Source of the DNA: an uncultured bacterium
Lineage (GTDB): Bacteria > UBA8481
Direction of reading: 5' to 3'
Assembly: GCA_964499705.1 (NCBI GenBank)
Contig: CAZCME010000016.1
Location: 1-64,000 of the forward strand
DNA: 64,000 nucleotides
The first letter of the stretch is position 1, and the number at the start of each line of letters is the position of its first letter. A model generated the notes under the pieces. It searched no databases. It saw nothing but the letters and a program-made list of their open reading frames with translations, and had not been told where the DNA came from. This document shows, one piece after another, positions 27,346 to 37,607 of the stretch. The position numbers and the translations under genes were made by a program.

Positions 27346-28214
27346 CCGGTCCGAGGCCTTTCTGGTGGAAGCTGGCGGCGCTGGGATCTTGCGCCGGAAT
27401 TGGAGGCGACACCGGTCCATGGATTCTCCTCTACCATCGCGTTGCACCGGAACCGCACCACGGAGGAGAGACGACACCGGAAAATTTCAATGAGCATCTT
27501 GATCTCCTGAGAAGCCGCTGCGACTGCCTGTCCCTTTCGGACCTGCTGCGACGTTGTCGTGAAGGCCGGGCGACGGGGCGCGAGGCCACGATCACCTTCG
27601 ATGACGGATATCGAGACCAGGCCGCCGCGGCCCGCAGGGCGATGGCGAAAGGCGTTCACGCGACGATCTTCATTCCGTCGTCGTATCCGGAGAGCGGCAG
27701 GAATTTCTTCTGGGAAGGTCGGGACTCCGAAGAATGCGAGCGGATCAAGGATCAGATGCGACGTGGCATGGAGCCGCCCGAAGGATTGGAGACATCCGAT
27801 GTGATGTCGTGGGCGGAGATCGCCGGCCTCGTGAAGGAGGGAATCGGCATCGAGTCGCACGCGCATTCGCACAGGATCCTGTCGGGGCTCCCGGACCCGG
27901 AGCTGAAAACGGAGCTGCTGGCCGCCCGCCGGGAATTCGAAGCGCATCTCGATCGCAGGCCCGAAGTGATCGCATATCCCAATGGGGACTGGAATGATTT
28001 CGATGCGCGCGTCGATCGCTCCGTTGACGAGGCAGGTTTCGCCGCCGGAGTCACCGCGGTCTTCGGAGCCGTGCGGCGGGCTCAGTTGCCGTGGCGGATT
28101 CGCCGGCTCGGCGTGGCGAACCAGTCCGCGGAATCGCTGGAGCAAGTCCTGCGTGGAGGACATGCCGCCGCCGCATGCAAGGCGGCGCTCGATCATTGGA
28201 GGGGCCGACGATGA
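27342..28214 (+). CDS. Polysaccharide deacetylase (CE4/NodB-like)
   Basis: LLYHRV, ITFDDGYRD, ESHAHSH, AYPNG. Confidence 0.9.
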   Translation: MTGPRPFWWKLAALGSCAGIGGDTGPWILLYHRVAPEPHHGGETTPENFNEHLDLLRSRCDCLSLSDLLRRCREGRATGREATITFDDGYRDQAAAARRAMAKGVHATIFIPSSYPESGRNFFWEGRDSEECERIKDQMRRGMEPPEGLETSDVMSWAEIAGLVKEGIGIESHAHSHRILSGLPDPELKTELLAARREFEAHLDRRPEVIAYPNGDWNDFDARVDRSVDEAGFAAGVTAVFGAVRRAQLPWRIRRLGVANQSAESLEQVLRGGHAAAACKAALDHWRGRR

Positions 28215-29320
28215 ATCCCGTCTCCGGCCGCGCCGGTCTTTGCGAGGCGACAGATCTCGCGGAATTGTCCGCGTTCTTCCAGGAAGCCTGGAGCGACGAT
28301 CCCGACTGCGCCGGCGAGGAGGCGATTCGCTGGCGGTATCGCCATGACATTTCCGACCGCGCATTTCGCGGCACGCACCTGGTCTGGCGCGACGAGGATT
28401 CATCCGGCGCGGCGGGAAAGATCGTGGCGCACATGGGAATACTTCCCGTGCGGCTTTCAAGCGAATCTCCCGGGAGTGGAACCGCCGATATCGACGCGGC
28501 CTGGCTCCTGGACTGGCTCGTTCTGAAATCATTCCGCGGCGCCCGCGTCGGAACGCTCCTCATGAAGCAAGCTCTGTCCCGGCATCAGCTCTCCATGGCC
28601 GTCGGACTGACGCGCGATTCCGAGCTGATCTTCCGCCGCGCGCGCTGGTTCGATCTCGGCCTCGTGCACAGCTGGGGACGCGTGGAGGATGGCGGCGCGT
28701 TTCTTCGAGCGCGCTGGCCCGCGGCCGGTCTCATACCGGGAGCGGCGTCGCTGGCGAAGCTGTTTTTCGCGCACAGAAAGCTGGGATCGCGTAGCGCTGG
28801 TGCGACGGAGATCCAGGTCTCGGATCATTATCCCGATGATGCATCTCTGCTCCTCAAGGGGGCGGTTCTCCCTGAATCATCGGGGCCTCGTCCCATCATA
28901 AGAATCATGCGGGATGAGCGATTTCTCTCCGCGCGCTACGGCGCTCCGCCGTGGATGACGAAACACATCATGGCGCGCCGGGAGGGCCGCCTCCGCGGAT
29001 GGTCGGTCTGGAGCATGAAGACGCGGCAGGACGGCTTGCGCGTCGGCATGCTGCTTGAGCTTCTGGCCGCAGGCCCCGAGGAGGAAGAACTGCTCATGCG
29101 AAGCGGAATCGGCGTCCTGCAGGATGCCGGCGCCGGGCTCCTGATCGTCCAGCAGCGACATGTGTTGAGCGAAGCGACGTTGAAGAAATTCCGATTTCTT
29201 CCCCGCGCCGGGCTTCGATTCATGGGTTACTGGCGCGACGGCACCGATGCCGCGCCCGCCGAACTGAAGGATCCGGATCGATGGATCATCCAGGCCGGCG
29301 ACTCGGACATGGATCGATGA
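28211..29320 (+). CDS. Tandem GNAT-fold acyltransferase
   Basis: IRWRY, VLKSFRGARVGTLL, C-terminal GDSD. Confidence 0.7.
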   Translation: MNPVSGRAGLCEATDLAELSAFFQEAWSDDPDCAGEEAIRWRYRHDISDRAFRGTHLVWRDEDSSGAAGKIVAHMGILPVRLSSESPGSGTADIDAAWLLDWLVLKSFRGARVGTLLMKQALSRHQLSMAVGLTRDSELIFRRARWFDLGLVHSWGRVEDGGAFLRARWPAAGLIPGAASLAKLFFAHRKLGSRSAGATEIQVSDHYPDDASLLLKGAVLPESSGPRPIIRIMRDERFLSARYGAPPWMTKHIMARREGRLRGWSVWSMKTRQDGLRVGMLLELLAAGPEEEELLMRSGIGVLQDAGAGLLIVQQRHVLSEATLKKFRFLPRAGLRFMGYWRDGTDAAPAELKDPDRWIIQAGDSDMDR

Positions 29321-30405
29321 CCGCGCTTCTCCGCGCGGAGAATCTGAAGATCTATCGCGGCGAGGAATCGCATCCGATCGTCGATGTGGAGGAACTGTCC
29401 CTGGAGCGTGGCGAGTGCCTGGCGCTCCTGGGACCGAACGCGGCGGGCAAGTCGACGTTCCTGCGGACCCTGGGGCTGTTGCAGGAGCATCACGAGGGGC
29501 GGCTCTGGATCCTGGGGCAGGAGGTATTGCGCGACACGCGGGACGACCTGCGATCCCGGATCGCGACGCTTCTGCAGAATCCGATTCTCTTCCGCGGCAA
29601 GGTGCGGGACCATATTCGATTCGGCATGGATGGGACGGACACCGGCGCGTTGATGGACAGGATGGGCATCGCTCATCTCGCGGACAGGCACACGGGCGCT
29701 CTCTCCGGGGGGGAAGCCCGCCGTGTGGCCCTTGCGGCGGTTCTTGCCCGCGAGCCGGCCCTTGTATTCCTCGACGAGCCGACGGACGGTCTGGATGAGA
29801 CCTCGCGAACCGATCTGATCCGCGACCTGGGACGCATCAAGAGGGAACAGAATCTTTCGATGATGATCGTGACGCATCGCCGGCTCGAGGCGGTCGCGCT
29901 GGCCGATCGAATCGCCGTGATGCGCGGCGGCAAGATCGTCCAGATCGGATCCGCATCCGATGTGATGAACGCTCCCGTCGATCCCGACGCCGCGGATTTC
30001 CTTGGCTTCGAAAACCTCTGGCACGGCGTCGTGGAATCGTCATCGGGCGGAATTGTCCTGGTGCGCCTGACGAGCGGGCACCACATCGAAGCATCGGGCG
30101 ACATGCCCGCGGGCCGCCAGGTCATCGCGGGAATCCGCGCCGAGGATATGAGCATCTCGCTGGAGACGGCGGACCATGTTCCCGCACCGAGGGGTTCCGC
30201 GCGCAACCACCTGTCCGGCGAGATAGTCTCCGTGGAGCCGCGCTGGATTGTCACGGCTCTGGCGCTGCGATTTCCCGGAAGCGCGTCACCCCTGTCCGGC
30301 CATTGCGTCATTACCAGTCGCTCCGCGGAGGAACTGACCCTGAAGCCGGGCGCGAGAGTCATCGCCACCTTCAAAGCCGTGAACGTTCGCGTGTGGGATT
30401 ACTGA
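29317..30405 (+). CDS. ABC ATP-binding protein with TOBE domains (TupC/ModC-like)
   Basis: GPNAAGKST, LSGGE, FLDEP, SARNHLSG...ATFKA. Confidence 0.9.
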   Translation: MTALLRAENLKIYRGEESHPIVDVEELSLERGECLALLGPNAAGKSTFLRTLGLLQEHHEGRLWILGQEVLRDTRDDLRSRIATLLQNPILFRGKVRDHIRFGMDGTDTGALMDRMGIAHLADRHTGALSGGEARRVALAAVLAREPALVFLDEPTDGLDETSRTDLIRDLGRIKREQNLSMMIVTHRRLEAVALADRIAVMRGGKIVQIGSASDVMNAPVDPDAADFLGFENLWHGVVESSSGGIVLVRLTSGHHIEASGDMPAGRQVIAGIRAEDMSISLETADHVPAPRGSARNHLSGEIVSVEPRWIVTALALRFPGSASPLSGHCVITSRSAEELTLKPGARVIATFKAVNVRVWDY

Positions 30406-30431
30406 AGCCCGGCTCGATTACAGAACCCTGA

Positions 30432-31520
30432 TCACGCTCTCAGCTTTCGTTTCAGATTCTGCGCTTTCAAAGCTGTTTCCCTGAGAAAATCGACATCGAT
30501 GCCGAAGGGTTCGATCAGCTTCAGTTTTCGCGCCGCGGTCGCCGACATCGCCTCCACGCGGTCCGCCAGTGTCTTCAGCGCGATCTTCTGCTGAGGTTCC
30601 ATGCCGCGGATGTCATCCATCTTCATGAGGTTGTCGACGGAATGAAGCAGTTTGGACAAGGCTCCGGATTTATGATCGGCGATGAGCGTGATGAGGTCGG
30701 AGCTTTTATCGCCGAGGAGGCGCTCCGATTCGCGCATCAGAAGTTTCATGCGTGTTGAAAACGATGCGCCCTCGAGCTGAATATCGTATTGACTGTTCTC
30801 GTCGCCCCCGGATTCTTCCTCGGCGGCCGACGGCTTCTCCTCGATGCCGTATAACCAGCCATTGATGAGGCGGCGGTCCTTCCCCAGTTTCTCGTAGACA
30901 TGAAAATGCCCTTCCTTGACCTCGTAGATGGATCCGTGTTTCTCGGCCTTGAGGCGTTTCTCCAGGTCATTCCAGCGGTCCAGGATTTCCGCGGGATCGT
31001 CCTCCGAGGAAAAAGTCTTCAGATGCCGCATCAGGATTTCCGCGTCGGCGCCGGTCGAGCCGCGATAGATGCTCTTCAGGAAGGCCTGGAAGAAGAGGAT
31101 CGCGGAAGTGCATTGAGGTTCTCCGACCATCATGGCGCATCGCTCCGCAAGCACCGGATATTTCAATCCGCAGCGCGTCCGCAGGGCCGCGAGGTTATCG
31201 GGCAGGAGCTGGTGGATGAACTGCATATCCTTCTTCTCTTCGAATCGCCCCGACCAGCCGCCCCCGCCCTTGCGCTCGGGATTCCCGGTCATGTGCCCCT
31301 GCAAGGCTCCGCAACCCTCGATGAGAATGAACGTTTCCCAGTCGATGCGCTGCTTCCTGACCGGCGTGACGGGCTTCGCATCATCGCCGATGGCGACGAG
31401 GTAGTCCGACTCCACGCCGTAGATGTGCCAGTCGATCCGCGCGGCCAGTCCCTTGATCTCCTTGTGAACCGCGCGGCCGAATTTCGCCAGCGCCTGCGCG
31501 AATTCGGATTCGGACATCAT
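30432..31520 (-). CDS. Hypothetical protein
   Basis: 362-aa protein-like ORF; start overlaps the fapA-like stop codon. Confidence 0.7.
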   Translation of the reverse strand: MMSESEFAQALAKFGRAVHKEIKGLAARIDWHIYGVESDYLVAIGDDAKPVTPVRKQRIDWETFILIEGCGALQGHMTGNPERKGGGGWSGRFEEKKDMQFIHQLLPDNLAALRTRCGLKYPVLAERCAMMVGEPQCTSAILFFQAFLKSIYRGSTGADAEILMRHLKTFSSEDDPAEILDRWNDLEKRLKAEKHGSIYEVKEGHFHVYEKLGKDRRLINGWLYGIEEKPSAAEEESGGDENSQYDIQLEGASFSTRMKLLMRESERLLGDKSSDLITLIADHKSGALSKLLHSVDNLMKMDDIRGMEPQQKIALKTLADRVEAMSATAARKLKLIEPFGIDVDFLRETALKAQNLKRKLRA

Positions 31521-32878
31521 TCCTCCACGCTCTCCGTGATCTGCCCGCGGGAGGCCTTCAGCTTCAATCCGGTGCGAGCCGTGCCGATGGGCTTTTCGAC
31601 GGCGATCGTGGAGATGACGACGCCGGGGCGGACCGCTCCGGCCACATCCATGACACCCTCGATGTGCGCCGCCGGATCGCTCAGCTTCTTCCGGATTTCC
31701 GCCGTGACGCCGAGGATCTTCCGCTGCAGTTCCTCGTCCTCGTTTTCGAGCCGCAGCATGATGTCGTGATCCTCCTTGGTGAGCACCTTGCCGGAATCCT
31801 GGAGGGTGACGAGCGGGTGGAGCTTCTGCCGGACCTTCTGGAGCTGATCGCGAAGGGACTGGAACTCGGATTCGAGCTGGGAGCAGAACATGCGGATCCG
31901 AGGAGAAATGCCGAGCTCGACGACGGTCCGCACTCCGGACTCGGAACCGAGCGAACCGATCTGCATGAAGGGAGCATTGATCGTTCCTCCGACGACGGAT
32001 CCCAGTTCCATGACGATCTTCTTCGCGGCGACCGCGGTGACGCGCAGCAGGCTCTCCTGCACGACCAGCGAATCTCCGCATAGAATCGTGGCTTCCTGGG
32101 CGTGCCTCACGTGGATCGATTTTCGCGACTGGAGGACGGCCTTGCCGCCGCCGAAGACGCCGCCGTGTATCTTCAATTCTCCGGCGGCATCGATATAGGC
32201 GCTTTCGACAGTGCCCCTGATTTCGATGTCGGCGGCGGCCTTCACCTTGTAGCCGGAGAGGACATTGCCGTTGATGAAGAGCGCGCCGAGGAAATTGATG
32301 TTTCCCGTCGCCGGTCCCACATCGCCGCCGATCGTAAGCTGATTGTCCACGCAGACGCGCCCGGAGAGATCCAGGAAGACGCGGCCGTCGATATCGGCCT
32401 TCATCTGTTTTTCATCCGGGGACAGGGACACATGGGTTCCTACGTGAAACGGCGTGATTTTCGGTTCCGGCACGGGAATGGCCTGGCCGAAAATATCGCG
32501 GCCGGGAATTCCTGTTTTGACCGGCGGCTGCGTCGCGACGACCTGCCCGGCCTTCACATTGTGGATGAGGCCGAGCTCTTTGAAGTTGACCGTGTCGTTC
32601 TCGCCGGCGGTCATATGCGGTTTCCTGCCGGTGTCGAAGTGGTAATGGGGAAGGCTGTGGACCGGCTGCACGGGAGCAAGCCCTTCGGCAAAGCGGATCC
32701 ATTCTCCGGGGCGGCCCATCGCCTCGCTGAGACGTTCGTCCTTGATCCCGTATACGATCCCCCGGGCGCGGATGAGGTTCCAGACATCGCCGAGGGTCAT
32801 ATCCGGGAGGAGATTGATTTCAGCGTAAACTTTATCGGCGCTGACCCGAAGCCCTGCCTTATCCTCACCCTCAGCCAT
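31517..32878 (-). CDS. FapA/DUF342 family protein
   Basis: GIVYGI, VNFKELGLIHNVKAGQ, GDVGPATGNINFLG, GGTI. Confidence 0.9.
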   Translation of the reverse strand: MAEGEDKAGLRVSADKVYAEINLLPDMTLGDVWNLIRARGIVYGIKDERLSEAMGRPGEWIRFAEGLAPVQPVHSLPHYHFDTGRKPHMTAGENDTVNFKELGLIHNVKAGQVVATQPPVKTGIPGRDIFGQAIPVPEPKITPFHVGTHVSLSPDEKQMKADIDGRVFLDLSGRVCVDNQLTIGGDVGPATGNINFLGALFINGNVLSGYKVKAAADIEIRGTVESAYIDAAGELKIHGGVFGGGKAVLQSRKSIHVRHAQEATILCGDSLVVQESLLRVTAVAAKKIVMELGSVVGGTINAPFMQIGSLGSESGVRTVVELGISPRIRMFCSQLESEFQSLRDQLQKVRQKLHPLVTLQDSGKVLTKEDHDIMLRLENEDEELQRKILGVTAEIRKKLSDPAAHIEGVMDVAGAVRPGVVISTIAVEKPIGTARTGLKLKASRGQITESVEE

Positions 32879-33013
32879 TACCGCATGATATGGCGCCGAA
32901 GCCTTAAGGCAAATCGAAAGGTCGCGAATTCGCCGATTCCGCCCGCTTGAACCTGTGCAATATGTTGCATATGATTCTTGCGACATGGGGCGTTACCTCT
33001 CATCCGCGGTTTC

Positions 33014-33421
33014 ATGGAATTGACCACAGAAGATAACAAGCGGCAGCACGAGCGGGTGACCGTGGCATTCGCCCTGATGGTGCGCGAGGGAGACCGGCTG
33101 CTGGGCACCATCGAAGATATCTCGGAAGGCGGCATGCGAGTCCGTCTCGACGTGGATATCGGAGAAAATTCGGAAGTGCGCGAATGGACGGGAAACAAGG
33201 GAGTCGACAACAAGGAATTCGTCATGGTCAATCTCGTCGGCGAAGTCTTCACGCTCTCCATCGATTACATGAGGGTCCGGCTCGGCACGCTCTCCGCGAA
33301 GCTGATCCGCGTCATCCGTTCGATGAACAATGTCTATTTCGCGATGCAGTTCACCGCGGAATGCGATCCCGAGGTTCCAAAAAAAATCATGACGATCATC
33401 AAGAGACGAAAAGGGGATTGA
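33014..33421 (+). CDS. PilZ-domain protein
   Basis: RQHER (RxxxR) and DISEGG. Confidence 0.85.
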   Translation: MELTTEDNKRQHERVTVAFALMVREGDRLLGTIEDISEGGMRVRLDVDIGENSEVREWTGNKGVDNKEFVMVNLVGEVFTLSIDYMRVRLGTLSAKLIRVIRSMNNVYFAMQFTAECDPEVPKKIMTIIKRRKGD

Positions 33422-33501
33422 TAGCTGTTGCGGATCCAGAAACGTGCTCTTAGAATCCGCCGCATTGCAGCGGTAACGCTGTGGCGGAGGAGGAAGCTTC
33501 G

Positions 33502-34689
33502 ATGAAACTCAAGAATATTCTTTGCGGCGCGCTGGCATTTGCCGCGGCGGCGTGCGGCGGCGGAGGGCAGCAGCCCGCCGGCGGCGGAGCGGGACAGGAG
33601 CAGAGCAGGATCACGATCGGGGTCGCCGGGCCGATGACGGGCGATCTCCGGCAGTTCGGAGAATCCCTCAAGAACGGCGCCGCCATGGCATTCGACGAGA
33701 TCAACGCGAGCGGAGGGCTGCTGGGAAAGCAGGTCGATATCTCCGTCGGCGACGATCAGGCCAATTCGAAGGAAGCGATGAACGTGGCCAGGAACTTCGT
33801 CGGCGATTCCCGCAAACCGCTCGCCGTCCTGGGGCATTTCAATTCCGGATCGTCGAAACCGGCCGGGGAGATTTACAACCAGGCCGGGATCATCATGCTG
33901 ACTCCCGCCTCCACCAATCCCGCGGTGACCTCTCCGGAGCGACCCTATGTATTTCGCAACCTTCCCAATGACGCGCAGAACGGCGACATGCTCGCGCAGT
34001 TCATCATCGCGGACATGGGCGCGAAGCGCATCGCGATCTATTTCGCCAACAATGAGTATGGCAAGGGGCTGGCGGAAATCGTGGAGAAGAAAGCCGCCGC
34101 ACTGGGAGTGACCGTCGTCGACAAGGCCAACTACGATCCCGCCGCCGACGAGGATTTTCGTCCGGTTCTGACGAAGTGGAAGAGCGCCAGGCTAGACGCG
34201 ATCGTCCTTGCGGGAGAAACGCCCAAGGCCGCGCAGCTCATCAAGCAGGCCCGCGAGATCGGCCTCGATGTTCCTTTCGCGGGCGGAGACGGTATTGCGT
34301 CCAGCGACCTCTGGACGATCGGCCGCGATGCCGTCCTCGGCACGTTCGTCGTTTCGTATTTCCATCCGGGAAATCCGGACACGGCCGTGCAGGATTTCGT
34401 GAAGAGGTTCAAGGATAAGTACGGGCGCGAACCCGATGTCTGGGCCGCCCAGGCCTATGACGCGGCCCGCGTGCTCGCGGACGCCGTCAAGCGCGCCGGC
34501 ACCGTCGACGGCGCGAAAGTGCGCGATGCGCTCGCGGCCACGGACGGTTGGAGGGGAGTGACCGGTCCGCATCGCTTCAAGGACGGCGACGCCGTCGGGA
34601 AGCGCGTGATCATCACGAGGGTCGAGGCGGGCCCGGACGGGCCGCAGTTCGGATTTCACAAGGAGGTTGCGCCGGAGTCGGGGGAATGA
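33502..34689 (+). CDS. Branched-chain amino-acid ABC binding lipoprotein (LivK/LivJ-like)
   Basis: Lipobox AAAC; IGVAGPMTG, GHFNSG, TPASTNP, QAYDA. Confidence 0.92.
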   Translation: MKLKNILCGALAFAAAACGGGGQQPAGGGAGQEQSRITIGVAGPMTGDLRQFGESLKNGAAMAFDEINASGGLLGKQVDISVGDDQANSKEAMNVARNFVGDSRKPLAVLGHFNSGSSKPAGEIYNQAGIIMLTPASTNPAVTSPERPYVFRNLPNDAQNGDMLAQFIIADMGAKRIAIYFANNEYGKGLAEIVEKKAAALGVTVVDKANYDPAADEDFRPVLTKWKSARLDAIVLAGETPKAAQLIKQAREIGLDVPFAGGDGIASSDLWTIGRDAVLGTFVVSYFHPGNPDTAVQDFVKRFKDKYGREPDVWAAQAYDAARVLADAVKRAGTVDGAKVRDALAATDGWRGVTGPHRFKDGDAVGKRVIITRVEAGPDGPQFGFHKEVAPESGE

Positions 34690-34718
34690 GAAGGTTCTCC
34701 CTGGAAAATATAAAAAAT

Positions 34719-34783
34719 AACCACGAAGACACAAGGTTCGATTTCAATATTTTCGATCTTCGTGTCTTAGTGTCTTTGTGGTG
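34719..34783. repeat. MITE/REP-like element, family A copy 2
   Basis: AACCACGAAGACACAAG ... CTTCGTGTCTTAGTGTCTTTGTGGTG. Confidence 0.75.
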
Positions 34784-34801
34784 AATGCGATTATTTTCAG
34801 C

Positions 34802-35866
34802 ATGGATGCCGCTGAGATTGCTCAGCAGGCCGCTAACGGCCTGACGCTCGGACTTCTCTACGCCCTCATCGCGCTCGGTTACACGCTCGTATACGGCGTG
34901 CTCCAGCTCATCAATTTCGCCCATGGCGAGATCATGATGTTCGGAGCCTTCTACGCGTACGCGTTCATGGAACCCATGTCGGTCGAAACGGCTTCCGGTC
35001 TCGCGGCGCTCTCCGCGCTCGCCGCGGGAGTTACGGCATGGGATCGATTCGGTTCGCGCCGCGGACGAATCGCCGGAGCGTGCGCGACCGTCCTGGCCGG
35101 GGGACTTTTCGGCGGAGCGGCTTACGCGCTGTCGCGGGCTCAGCTCGGCCTCGTCGCCGCGGTTCTCGCCGCGCTCCCTTACTCGGCATTGCTCGCCGCG
35201 GCCCTGGAACGGATCGCGTATCGCCCCTTGCGCGCCGAGAATCGCCTCATCCCTCTCATCAGCGCGATCGGCGCGTCGCTTTTTCTGCAGAACCTGGCGC
35301 AGGTCGATCCCTGGTTCTTCGGCACGATCCGGAAATCGTACACGCAGATTCCTCCGAGCCTCCATAACGAGGCGTTCTCCGCGCTGGGCGTCCGGATATC
35401 CAACCTGCAGATGCTGATCGCGTTCGTCGCCGTCGTGATGCTGACGGGCCTCCACCTCTTCATCACGCATTCGAGGCTCGGCACCGCGATCCGCGCCACG
35501 GCGCAGAACCGGCGCGTCGCCGCGCTGATGGGTATCGACACGGACGGCGTGATCGTCCTGACGTTCGCGCTCGGAGCCGTGCTCGCGGCCGTGGCGGGAG
35601 TTCTCTATGGAATATATCTCGGGTCGATCTATCCCTTCATGGGATACATGGCCGGCATCAAGGCGTTCACGGCGGCGGTGCTCGGGGGCATCGGGAGCGT
35701 TCCCGGCGCGATGGTCGGCGGGCTCGTGCTGGGCGTCCTCGAATCGGTCGGCGCCGCGTTCATCGATGAAGGCTACAAGGATGCGATCGCCTTCGCGATC
35801 CTGATCGCCGTCCTCCTGTTCCGTCCGTCCGGCATCATGGGAAGCTCGACCAGGGAGAAGGTCTGA
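34802..35866 (+). CDS. livH: Branched-chain amino-acid ABC permease
   Basis: YALIALGYTLVYGVLQLINFAHG, KAFTAAVLGGIGS. Confidence 0.93.
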   Translation: MDAAEIAQQAANGLTLGLLYALIALGYTLVYGVLQLINFAHGEIMMFGAFYAYAFMEPMSVETASGLAALSALAAGVTAWDRFGSRRGRIAGACATVLAGGLFGGAAYALSRAQLGLVAAVLAALPYSALLAAALERIAYRPLRAENRLIPLISAIGASLFLQNLAQVDPWFFGTIRKSYTQIPPSLHNEAFSALGVRISNLQMLIAFVAVVMLTGLHLFITHSRLGTAIRATAQNRRVAALMGIDTDGVIVLTFALGAVLAAVAGVLYGIYLGSIYPFMGYMAGIKAFTAAVLGGIGSVPGAMVGGLVLGVLESVGAAFIDEGYKDAIAFAILIAVLLFRPSGIMGSSTREKV

Positions 35867-36825
35867 TGACACGCGACGCGAAGCTCCGCCTCTCCGGCTG
35901 GATCCTCACGATCCTTTTCCTCGCGAGCCTCCCGCGGCTGCTCCCGGTCACGTTCGTCCTGGGAGATTACCGGATCGACCTGGGCCTTCATCACGCGACG
36001 CTCTGCGCTCTCTTCGTCATCATGGCGATGGGCGTCAATCTCTCCATCGGCTTCGCGGGTCTCCTGGATCTCGGCTTCATCGCCTTCATCGCGATCGGTT
36101 CGTACATGATGTCGATCTCCCTGACATTCCGGAGCCCGGTTCCATGGTGGATCGCGCTCGTTCTCGCGATCCTCGTCGCCGGCACCGTGCGCGCGACGCT
36201 CGGAGCCACCTGTCTCCGCCTGCGCGGCGACTATCTCGCGATCGTCACGCTCGGGTTCGGCGAGATCACTCGCGTCGCTTTGAAGAACAATCTCTTCGGC
36301 CTGACCGGCGGCCCCGACGGCATTTTCCTGGGAAGCGCGTCGATCCCGGATTTCCTCGACCAGAGCCGTAATCCCGTCCCGCTGTATTTCCTCTCGCTGG
36401 CCTTTGCCGCGGGATCCTCCTTCGCCCTGTCGCGCTGGAAAAGATCGAGGGCGGGACGCGCATGGGAGGCGGTTCGGGAGGATGAGACGGCAGCGGCCGC
36501 GAGCGGCATCAATATCTTCCGAGCGAGGCTCTGGGCATATGGGCTGGGCGGAGCCTTCGGCGGCCTTGCGGGAGGACTCTTCGCCATCTACAACACCATT
36601 TCCCATCCGTCCGACTACGATTTCGTGGAGTCGGTCAAGATCGTCGCGATGGTGGTGCTCGGCGGCATGGGTTCGACCGGCGGCGTCATCGCGGGCTCGG
36701 TTCTGTTTCTGCTTCTGCTGGAAATATTCCGCGGTCTCGCCGAATACCGCATGCTCATCTTCGGCGCGACGCTCGTCTGTCTCATGCTCTTCAGGCCCCA
36801 GGGACTCGCGGGACGCCGCTCATGA
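35866..36825 (+). CDS. livM: Branched-chain amino-acid ABC permease
   Basis: RLRGDYLAIVTLGFGE, AVREDETAA. Confidence 0.93.
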   Translation: MTRDAKLRLSGWILTILFLASLPRLLPVTFVLGDYRIDLGLHHATLCALFVIMAMGVNLSIGFAGLLDLGFIAFIAIGSYMMSISLTFRSPVPWWIALVLAILVAGTVRATLGATCLRLRGDYLAIVTLGFGEITRVALKNNLFGLTGGPDGIFLGSASIPDFLDQSRNPVPLYFLSLAFAAGSSFALSRWKRSRAGRAWEAVREDETAAAASGINIFRARLWAYGLGGAFGGLAGGLFAIYNTISHPSDYDFVESVKIVAMVVLGGMGSTGGVIAGSVLFLLLLEIFRGLAEYRMLIFGATLVCLMLFRPQGLAGRRS

Positions 36826-37607
36826 CCGCGAATCCCCTGCTTGAAATCCGGAATCTGACCCGCCGCTTCGGCGGCCTGGAAGCCGCCGCGGATGTCTCGT
36901 TCCGCGTGGAGACGAACGCGATCGTCGCGCTCATCGGCCCCAACGGCGCGGGAAAGACGACGGTCTTCAACGTCGTCACGGGAATCTATCCTCCGAGCGA
37001 GGGCGACATCGTCTTCTGCGATTCCTCCGTCGCGGGACTGCGGAGCGACGATATCTGCCGCCTGGGAATCGCGAGAACGTTCCAGAATATCCGGCTCTTC
37101 GCCGGCATGACCGTCCTCGAAAACGTGCTCGTGGGACGCCACACGCGCACCGGTTCCACGCTGGGCGACGCGCTCATCAATTCCAGGAGACATCGGCGGG
37201 AGGAGGAAGAGAGCCGCGAACGCGCGCGTCATCTGCTTCGATTTGTCGGGGTGCCCGGCCTGGAGGACGAACTCGCCTCGAACCTGCCCTACGGCCTTCA
37301 GCGCCGGCTCGAGATCGCGCGAGCGCTGGCATCGGAGCCGAAACTCATCCTGCTCGACGAGCCGGCCGCTGGCCTGACACCTACGGAGAAGAGCGGACTC
37401 AGGGAACTGGTCCTGACGATGAAGGAGGACGGGCACACGATTCTCCTCATAGAGCACTGCATGAAATTCGTGATGGGTCTTTCGGATCACATCGTCGTCC
37501 TCGATCATGGGCGGAAAATCTCCGAAGGCAATCCGGCGGCCGTGCGGAACGATCCGGCCGTCATTGAGGCGTACCTGGGCGTTGCGACCGAGCAGGCCGC
37601 ATCATGA
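36822..37607 (+). CDS. livG: Branched-chain amino-acid ABC ATPase
   Basis: GPNGAGKTT, ARTFQNIRLF, LPYGLQRRLE. Confidence 0.93.
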   Translation: MTANPLLEIRNLTRRFGGLEAAADVSFRVETNAIVALIGPNGAGKTTVFNVVTGIYPPSEGDIVFCDSSVAGLRSDDICRLGIARTFQNIRLFAGMTVLENVLVGRHTRTGSTLGDALINSRRHRREEEESRERARHLLRFVGVPGLEDELASNLPYGLQRRLEIARALASEPKLILLDEPAAGLTPTEKSGLRELVLTMKEDGHTILLIEHCMKFVMGLSDHIVVLDHGRKISEGNPAAVRNDPAVIEAYLGVATEQAAS

